Assembly: GCF_006345805.1 (NCBI RefSeq)
Contig: NW_021832231.1
Location: 930,001 to 994,000 of the forward strand
Length of the DNA: 64,000 nucleotides
Direction of reading: 5' to 3'
Source of the DNA: Octopus sinensis
Taxonomy: Eukaryota
Each line of letters opens with the position of its first letter. Within the stretch, counting starts at the first letter, position 1. Below are positions 54,900-64,000 of this stretch, piece after piece. Both the position numbers and the translations under genes were made by a program. The notes under the pieces are model-generated. The model saw only the letters and a list, made by a program, of their open reading frames with translations. It was not told the origin of the DNA and made no database searches.

Positions 54900-55330
54900 T
54901 CGAATGTTAGAAAGTTCTGAGCAAAAAGAAAGCTGAAAATTTTATTCTTATTGACAGAATGGTATATCTGCGAACTACTAATCGACACTACGTGCGTGCT
55001 TTAACAAACACAGAAGAAATGAAAATCATTGGTCAAAAAATCCACAAAACAAACTATTGTAGACATAATGTTTTGGATGCACTTTGCAGAAGAAAATTTT
55101 TATAATTAAGCAAAACACAAATTCGTAAAGTCGTTATTATAGATTTGAAAATCAAAATAATCATTTTTCTTGGTTATTGCCTGTAGTAGACATATATTCA
55201 AAATATGCATTCGCCAGGATCCTACTGAACAAAAACGGGAGAGATGTGGCCAATAAATTAAAAGAAATTAGTATAAATCACCGGCCTTGTAAATATTTAC
55301 AATCAGACGATAACATTATTATAATTAAAA
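54900..55330 (+). mobile_element. degenerate DDE integrase remnant
   Basis: SWLLPVVDIYSKYAFARILLNKNGRDVANKLKEI...PCKYLQSDD. Confidence 0.6.
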
Positions 55331-55469
55331 CGTCAAAACCACAGTAAAAACCGAACAAACTTCAAGTGATCCCGATGCACTCAACCAGGGACCTCATCCT
55401 CGCTCGGTGATCTTTCCACAAACGCAAACAAGATCTCACCGGGCAGCTGGTCGCATTTGTCGCGAAATT

Positions 55470-57290
55470 TGCAAATTAACTGAAGTTCTGCTTGATCAGG
55501 TGCTCCAGAGGAGCCGGACCAGAGCGTTTGTTATCGTGGGACCAACGTTCAGTTAATCTGAGGGGCCTTTGTTGGACCTCCTCGGTTTGCATCCTGTTGG
55601 ACCACGAAAACCGCGCATAGGAAATGGACGGTTCGAAGTATTGACGGTAAATATTCACCAATATCAAGTGGGAACCGTTTTTCCATAAACCGGATAGGCT
55701 TCTGAGCACGTTCATTTTTTCTTCAAATTTACGAAGAAGGTTGTTTGCGTGCAGGGAGAAGCAAAGGTACATGTCGAGTGTCACCCCTAGAACCGTCTGG
55801 CTTCTTTACGAAAGTACGGACACATTGTTCAACTTCAAGTCGACTGAAGCCCTTTCCAATCTTTTATCAGATGTGAAAAGGGACGTGGCGGACTTTGCCG
55901 GTTTCATTTAACCATAGGTTGAGCCGATTCAAGTTAGCTTGGAGCCTTTTAGAGGCCTTCTGGATGTCCCGGTCCTTAGACCTCCGAGGCACACCCTTCC
56001 CCTTCGTCCACTTAGGAAGTTGGTGATCTTTCTAGGAGTTTGAGTTTCAGTGGAAATTAAGTTTGGAATATCTTCCTTGATATGAGTTTTCTCAAAACAG
56101 AGTCGAAGGCTTTTTGTATGTCTACGGAGCAAAGGACGGTCTTTTGGTGCCTCGGTTTGCTTGCAAAACCGGTACAGATGAAGTTTGACAAGGATTGAAG
56201 GTATGAAGACGTGGACTTCGCCTTCTTGAACCCATGTTGAAAAGGTTTTTCGGTTAAAAATTCTTCTATTTTTCCAAGAACCATCCTTTCTATGATTTTT
56301 GACATGGAGCATAACAGGGAAACCGGCCTGAAAGTTGCCGGGTTGTCTCTTGGTCTTCCAGGCTTCAGTATCGGCCTTATTAGAGCCTAATTTTATAGTG
56401 ACGTAATCACATTATGGTTGATCGAGTAGTTGAAGATAGTTGTTAGAAACGTGCCCCCTTCAACACCAAGATTTTTAATAGAATGACCGGGATTTTGTCC
56501 GGCGAGGAGAGTACGACGTTTTTGTGGAGTGCAAGGTATCCACCACCTCTTTTACTGAGAAGAGGAGAGGTTCCGACCGTTTCTTTAGGCTTCTGTTTGA
56601 AAGAAGTTAATCCGATTTCCTGTGCTCTTTGTGTGCTGTCTTCGCATAGAAAGTTGTTCACGTCTTTTTGAGCATATTTTTTAGCAGATTCGGTAGTGTC
56701 GCCCTTGGCCAAGTGCCGAATGGCTTTCCACACTTCTCCTGTAGAACGATTACGGTTCACGCCTATAAGGATCCGATTTCATTTCAAAAAAGTGTGTCTG
56801 TGTTCACTAGTCTTCAATTCTCTGTTCAATGATCTGATACGGATCATTCAACTTCCCTTTTGATCTTCATCGCGATCGGGTTGTGTTCGTTTCTCGTCTC
56901 ATAGAGGACTGACCACTCCGTAGTCAATGCGAAAGATGAAGACCATAGAGTTACATCGGGTGACGTAGGTTTATCAGTCATTCTGAGTGGAGTCCTTGTG
57001 TTCCTCGATGGATCGTTCAGAATTGTTAAGGAGTCCAATTGGGAAAGTAAAAATGTTTCTCTCGTATTCGCCGACTGAGTTGACAGCCAAAGGGACTGTT
57101 TCACATTCAGGTCCCTCCATAAGATACCCCAATCGATGCGTGCCAGATTAGAGAGAGTTGGAAAGCTATAGCTCCTCAGACAAGAACCGGGGGGTGGAAT
57201 GTACATATTGGCCAGCCATAATCGTCCCTTCGTTGTGCCAAGCGAGATCTCAATTAATTCGAGAACCTCATTAAAATTATACATGTAAAA
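55470..57290 (-). mobile_element. degenerate LINE (APE and RT fragments)
   Basis: MYIPP, DLNVK, TSPDVT (APE); SKIIERMV, QHGFKKAKST, VDIQKAFDSV, LGVTLD (RT). Confidence 0.8.
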
Positions 57291-57310
57291 CCAATATAAT
57301 TATAGTTATA

Positions 57311-60300
57311 CACCCCTCGACATAAATATTGGTGAATCTTCAACTTACTTCATTCATACAAAGAATGATTTAATTTTTTCTTCAGATATATTTTAAAATC
57401 TGATAAAATTGATAAAAATTAATTTAATTATTTAAATTTTGAAATTTTGTCTAAGAAATTTAGAAAAAACAACGACTTTCATTGGCATAAAATTTGGTTA
57501 TTGTGAGATTAATATGTAGAACAGCGGTTCTCAACCGTGGTCCCCGGGGACCACTAGTGGTCCCCAGAAAATTTTTAGTGGTCCCCAGGAATTTTCAAAA
57601 AATAAAAATATATTAAAGTTAAAAAATTGTACAATTAAGTATAAATCAAAAAAAAAACATGAAATTAATCAAGCGGTTCTCAATCGTGGTCCCCAGAAAA
57701 TTTTTAGTGGTCCCCAGAAATTTTCGAAAATAACAATATATTAAATTTAAAACTAATTGTACAATTAAGTATAAATCAAAAACATTGAAATTAATCTGAT
57801 TTGATTAGCGTGGTTTATCATTCTAGTTATGGTTAACAAGAATCGTCGTCTTTGGTCGAATTCTTACGTACAATTTGGATTCACTAAATTCATTGCCCCA
57901 AATAATGAAATAAAGGCAAAATGCATGATTTGCCATAAAATTTTGGGAAACAATTCACTGAAACCTTCTCAACTTAGGCGCCACAAAGAGTCTGTACACC
58001 CAGAAAATTCTTCCTCACATGAATATTTTAAAGTCAAAAGAACGAAGTTTGATTTACAGCCAAAGCTTGAGTGGTTTAATAAATCTCAAGATAAACCGAG
58101 ATTAGAAGCATCATATGCTGTAATTTTAATTTATATCTAAAACAAATATGTCTCAATGATTATCGCAAAAAACAAAGCTGCACATAATTCTGGTGAAAAG
58201 TTAATCAAACCAGCGGCTTTTGAAATGGCTCGAATTTTGTTTGGTCCGGATGCAGTTACCAAACTTAAGGACATACCATTATCCAACGATTCAATTTCCC
58301 GTAGAATTTCAGAATTGTCATCCGATATCCTGAAGCAATTAATTGAAAGAATCAAAAAGTAAATGCAGAATAAGTATTCAATTGGACGAGTCAACTGACA
58401 TTTCTAACGTCTGTCAGCTTGTGTCCTATGTTCGCTTTGTTGATGATGAGAATATTATTGATGAGTTTTTATTTTGTTTGGAGATGGATGGACACACTCG
58501 TGGAGAGGACATCTTTAATATTTTTGACAATTTTATGAAGACGAATAAAATCCAATGGGATAAAGTTGGATCTATATGTCTGATGGTGCACCTGCGATGA
58601 TTGGTCATCAATCTGGACTTGTTACTCGTATTAAGGATTTGGTTCCTGATATTGTTACAAGACATTGTGCATTGCACAAATATGCACTTTGTTTAAAAAC
58701 TATGTGTTCGTCGTTAAGAGAAACACTAAACACTATTGTAAAAGTGATAAACTATATTCGATCTCGACCACTTAATCATCGAATTTTCCAAACTCTTTGT
58801 GAAGAGTTAGGAAGTAATCATTCTATACTACTTTATCATTCTGAAATTAGGTGGCTTTCAAGGGGGAAAATCCTTTCGAGAATTTGTGAACTTTCTCCTG
58901 CGATCTCTTTGTTTTTGCGTGATAATATGCAGCATGATTGGGCCGATCAATTCGATGATTTTACTTTTAAATCGAAAATGTATTATCTTGCCGATTTTTT
59001 TAACATTTTAAATGAGTTTAATTTGTCAATGCAGGGTAAAATTTTTATTAATTTATTTAAAGGTCTTTATATATCAATTGTCAAAGTCAATCAAATAATA
59101 ATGGCTTTTAAAAAAAAGTTATTATTGTGGATAATGAAAATAAAAAAAGGAATAACATCAATGTTCCCAATGCTTGAATATCATCTCGGACACAACCCAC
59201 CGGATAATGTTCTTCTAAGTCTGATAATCAAACATCTGGAAAATCTCAAGACAAAATTTGATGATTATTTTCCTGTTGAAGACCCAATTCCAAACTGGAT
59301 CGTTCAACCTTTCTTGACCTCATTTAAAGAATATCAGGAACTCAATTTTCAGCAGAGCTTGATTGAACTTCAATGTAATCAGTCTGCTCAGATTATTTTC
59401 AAATGTACTTCATTATTAGATTTTTGGTATTCTCATAAATAATTACTTTTTATTGTTAGGTGTCAGATGGCGAAAGAATTTCCCATTTTGAGTAAAACTG
59501 CATTGGAATCAATACTTGCATTCCCCACTACTTATCACTGTGAAATGGCGATGTCGTGTCTGACTTTTCTAAAAACAAAATATAGAAATAGACTACGGGT
59601 ACAAGATGATATGCGAGTAGCTTTGTCGAACATAGAGCCTGATATAAGTAAAATTATTCTGAGCAAACAAGATCAGAAATCTCACTAAATTACTATTAAA
59701 TTTTCTGTTATTTTCATAATGTTCATGTTATTTTTATAATAATATTCGAACATGTCTAAACCTGGCCCTGACGAGGCCAAAAATTGTGCGCTAATACCAA
59801 AAAATGTTTATTTTATTTAAGGTGGTCCCACAAAATTTTATAGTGCAAAAGTGGTCCCCAGTCTAAAAAAGGTTGAGAACCGCTGATGTAGAATAACCTC
59901 CTTTTGCCGAATAGATCTCCCAACACTTTTTTTTCATTGACTCAACTAATTTTTCAAGTGTTTTTGATGGAATAGAATTCCAAATATCTAATAGATTTTC
60001 CTTCAGTGCCTGAATGTTTTCATTTTTTCTTTGCCTAATTTGAACCTTCATATAAGCCCACAAATGCTCTATCGGATTTAAATCCGCAGATTGCGAAGGC
60101 CATTCTAATTTTTAAATATTTTTTTCGCGAAAATATTGAATAATTATTTTTGATGTATGGCAGGGAGCGTTGTCTTGTTGAAAAATATAGTCAACAATCC
60201 CCATTTTTTGTACAGAAAATGGCAAATTATTGGTCAAAATAGATTGATATTTTGCAGAATTAAGCGTTTTGTCTATAAATACCAAATCGCCTACCCCATG

Positions 60301-61175
60301 ATAGGAAAAACAACCCCACACCATGACTTTCCCTAATTTTTTATTACATCATAATTTACCTTTTCCAAATTTGACAGTTGGAGTAATATTTTCGAATTTA
60401 TTCATTTCAAATTTTTTTCTATACACAATTTTTCTTTTTTGGATCGGTAATAATTCAAAAATACATTCATCAGAAAAGATTATTGATCTAAAATCATGGT
60501 CTGAAATTTGAAGAAATTTTTGGAATCTGGAAACCATGTGTTTTTTTGTTAGAAGTGGTTTTTTCTTTGCAATTCTTCCGAAAATTCCATTTTTATTTAA
60601 ATTTCGTATTATGGTTCGAGACGAGACACGTGTTCCAGAAAACTTTTCTATTTCATTAGAGAGTTCAGAAGCAGTTAAAGATGAATTTTCCTCTGATGTG
60701 CGTACCAAATGATTAATTTGCACATTATTCAAAATTGATAGTCTTCCAGAACCATGTTGGCGGTCATATGATCCAGTTTTATTGTATTTCTTGATAAAAT
60801 TTACGACTGTTGAATATGGAACACCGGTTTCTTTAGAAATTTTAATATATGACATATTTAAGTCGTATAGCGCAATTATTTTCCCTTTCATAAACGAATC
60901 GAGAGTATTATATCTAAAAATATTTTTTTATTAAGATCAATCTCTAAATAGCATAATTTGACGGTTTACATTTTATAACCAATTTTTATGTCACTAACCT
61001 AATTGCCGACATGCTTTAAATTTCTTGAAATATTAAAATTTAAATCTATTTTAATTATAAATACAAAATAAATATTATTTTAGAAGATCTAAAGGATCTT
61101 AAAGTATGAATTTATTCGTTTTTAAATGAAAAAAAGCAGGAAAGATTAAATAACCAAATTTTTTGTCGAGGGGTG
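57311..61175 (-). mobile_element. Tc1 (DD34E) transposon with a 27-nt intron, interrupted at its last codons by a hAT
   Basis: TIRs cacccctcgaca(t/a)aaa(t/a)ttgg, TA TSD; IFSDE, KFGKG|KVMVWGCF, FQQDNAPCH, WPSQSADLNPIEHLW with 34-residue D-E spacing; one TAA at 60112-60114; ending STY* resumes left of 57522. Confidence 0.93.
57522..59885 (+). mobile_element. Buster-type hAT transposon with three microintrons
   Basis: TIRs cagcggttctcaacc / ggttgagaaccgctg; perfect TSD ATGTAGAA; BED finger, IQLDESTD, DGAPAM, RWLSRG, FPTTYHCE, KYRNRL; 5' end tandemly duplicated (~57522-57790). Confidence 0.95.
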
Positions 61176-61194
61176 TATCTAGTCAGTTGAGAAG

Positions 61195-61500
61195 TTAAAG
61201 CCCAGCCGAACGGATTACTTGCACGTTCCCGCGCACGATTGCGAGCGAGATCCTCTGTCTCAACCAAGAGGACTCGCAAGCATCCATTTTCTTCCGAGCA
61301 ATGAGGATGCCGAGGTCTTCTATGAAGTATGAGGTGAGCAGACCGGAAGCGCCTGATGTCTCAAAAACCACAGGCACGAAGGAATGCCGATTGGCAAGAT
61401 TCTTGTACTTTTCTACTTTGCGGGCTTCCGCCAAAGCCGCGGCCGAAGCAGATGACAGTAAGGCGGATGGGGACCACGTGTCTGCACACGTTAAATGCAA
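61195..61500 (-). mobile_element. CRE-like 3' fragment (RLE domain end)
   Basis: AEARKVEKY, FVPVVFETSG, RQRISLAIVRGN. Confidence 0.8.
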
Positions 61501-62299
61501 ATTGAACTGTTATATGAAAACATCGATTCCCAGAGAATTCTTGCTTTGAATTTTCCACGTTTATTCTAATTTGTGTACGTGGTTTAAAGGGAATTTCAGA
61601 CGCAATTTAAAATTAAATTTTTTTTACAAAATATGAGATTTTTGCATCATTTTATAATTTTTTTCTTTCAGTTATCTTGATTAAAGTTGACTAATCTATA
61701 ACATATTTATTTTCTAATCATTTTTAAGCACAAATAAAATTAATTTCAACATAGCCGAGTGTTTTTTGTTTATGCAACAAAATTTTTGTGTTTGATAAAA
61801 CAAATAATGATATAACGATAATCGAATTCGTGGTCACATCCTACTAAGTCAACTGAAAGCATATCGAAAATAAAGAACTTCAACAAGTATAATCTATTTT
61901 CTAGAAATTGGCACAGATCCACAAGGCAAGAGTCGCGATATATTTGTCGTATTGATGTGGGATAGAGTAGTGACCTTTTTCTATACGTCCTACATGAAAA
62001 AATTGAATATAGATGTTTCGACTAAGGCCTACATTTAGTCAGTGACAATCAAGAAAACGTTGAAGGGAGGGTTGCGAACAAACGTGGCACGAATGTTGAA
62101 AACCACAAAATTACAAAAAAGACAGATAGTCTTATAGCTTGAGGAGTAAAACTGGGAGTGTCAGTCGAACTGCCAGAGGAGTCGGTGATCGTTCTCAACC
62201 TGAAATCTCTCTTAACCGGTGACAATAATTAAATGTCACAGACATTGTTAATATTTATACACATAAAAATATTTGTGTTTAGGAAAATACAAATAAATG

Positions 62300-63460
62300 T
62301 TCGTTCAATAAAATGCGTGGATCGAAATGGAATTTAATATTAGCGTAGGATGCTTGAGGTTAACCACTTATAAATATAGTTTTTCAAATGACAAACTGAA
62401 TGATGGGAAATAATGACGTAATTAAAGTTCACTCACGTTTTTAGGATGAAGTCACAGAAATGCTTGACGACTTAAATATTGTTCCGAATAATAATAAATT
62501 TGAAAAGTAAAGAATTTTTTATAAATATTTTTAGTTTTGTCAACGAAAAAATTGATGATCCGAAATACAAATGGGAAAAGTCAGAAAACGAGATTGGACC
62601 GCGCGAGGAAAATCTGTATTTATTAAACATTTTATAATTTTTTAGTTATGTTACATCTGCGAATGTCATAAAGAATTTTGATGAATCCGAAAACAATTAA
62701 ATGTTCCTTTATAAAACTATATTTACTCGATTGTTTTTTTGTTTTTGTATAGATTTTCCTTTTCTAAATGAATTTTTGTCAGATGATATGAACTGCAAAT
62801 TGAAAGGCTGTGAAAGGGTTCTCAGGATCAAAACATATTTTCTCAAAAACGGCTAGAAAAATCTGTCAGAAAACACAGTTTCCCAGAAGATCGATTCTCT
62901 TATTCGTAACTTGGTCTTATTTATTTAGTCCTACATATTGAAATTCTCCATTTAAACAGTAAGAAAAATAAAAAGATCCTATTAATTCCGGTAAGTTTTT
63001 TTCTGCAGCTTCTCTTATTTCAAGACTGAAATTTTAAATATTAGGTCAAGGCGTCAGGATTCGTTACTGAAAAAGTATCGCTGGTAGTTTGCGTTTTATG
63101 AAGACATTTTTTATTTACCAAACGAAGAGAAATATCTCGTGTGGACTTATTCTGACCGTCATCTAGGTCTATGCAGTTTTAGGTACTTGAGAGAATGAGA
63201 CAATTTAATTGATCGCCTCGTGTTTTAAGACCTATTTAGTCTAGGTATTAGACAGAAAGGGCCAAATAAGAATTGGGACAAACCACATATCGATCAAAGT
63301 CGTATTTCTAATCCAATAAAGTTTCTAGCATTGAAAGCTGCATCTAGCTCACTCATCCCCCGGTTACCGACTGGTTGCGGTTCCAAGGTAAGTAATCGAT
63401 AATTGTCTGAGGTCTTTTTTTAGCTGTTTTGACATTGTTTTGTAATCGCTTTCCACGTTT
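62300..63460 (+). other. one or two unidentified multi-exon genes
   Basis: Three consecutive 27-30 nt GT-AG introns give an open acidic frame DEVTEMLDDLNIVPNNNKFENFVNEKIDDPKYKWEK...; further gtaag donors downstream. Confidence 0.4.
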
Positions 63461-63562
63461 AACACTAATTTGTGGACGTGGTTAAAAAGGAGTGGCAGCC
63501 GCAAGTTAACATTGAATTTTTACAAAATATAAGATTATTGGATTATTATATAATTTGTTTCT

Positions 63563-63717
63563 GGGGCAAGACGCTTACTCATCTGAAGAAACTTGACCGT
63601 CTGTGCACCCATCGTTCTAGAGATCCCAGGGAATTTATCTTCTTTTGTCAGAGGATCTCGCTGGCTGTTTTACGCGGGAATTGTTTCTCAATCCTGCGAG
63701 CCGGTACTTAATAGCTA
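63563..63717 (+). mobile_element. 155-bp 5'-truncated CRE-like insertion with a 22-bp TSD
   Basis: CQRISLAVLRGNCFSILRAGT*; gattattatataatttgtttct at 63541-63562 and 63718-63739. Confidence 0.85.
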
Positions 63718-64000
63718 GATTATTATATAATTTGTTTCTTTCAGTCAGTTTTTGTTTATGTTGACTAGTCTATGACATATTGTTGCACAATCCTTGTCAC
63801 AAATCAGGTATTAGTGTAGCAGAAACAACACCGTCTTCACGGGTTGCTCCCAAAGGAATGAACAAGTTTTTTTGCGGATAGAGAAAAGACCATGACATCG
63901 GAAAGGTGATCGGTTTGTTTGGCGATCTAAGTTCCTTTCTCGTGGTGGCAAATGATAGTTTTACGTCGGTTTAAGTACCAAAGATCCGTAATCATCTCTC

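Overview
AT-rich eukaryotic DNA, probably animal (Mad/Mxd factor, globin, animal-type transposons). Host genes carry extremely short spliceosomal introns, mostly 21-33 nt where I traced them; this resembles what is described for dicyemid mesozoans, and other reduced parasites such as myxozoans are possible, but the taxon cannot be fixed from sequence. Layout: a TE-rich left part (1-11.6 kb) with an isolated acylation-motif globin; a compact gene block with no TE I could detect (11.7-31.7 kb: FDX2, ANAPC1, MXD-like, WASHC5, NDUFB3, PPP1R11, FAM135, divergent PRPS); then a heavily nested TE zone (32-64 kb) holding NFYA, an orphan Q/P/Y/N-repeat gene, PPP1R7 and THOC7. Most striking: (1) transposase genes of three DNA-transposon families (hAT/Buster, Tc1, pogo) carry host-sized 27-33 nt introns; (2) an orphan prion-like repeat protein missed by the ORF track, needing a GC-AG microintron; (3) two inverted Helitron copies with expanded minisatellite arrays; (4) a PRPS homolog with an altered catalytic loop; (5) TGT...ACA TIR elements with 5-bp TSDs plus integrase remnants. 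No rRNA, tRNA or CRISPR array was found. All family assignments come from manual translation and remembered motifs, not database searches.
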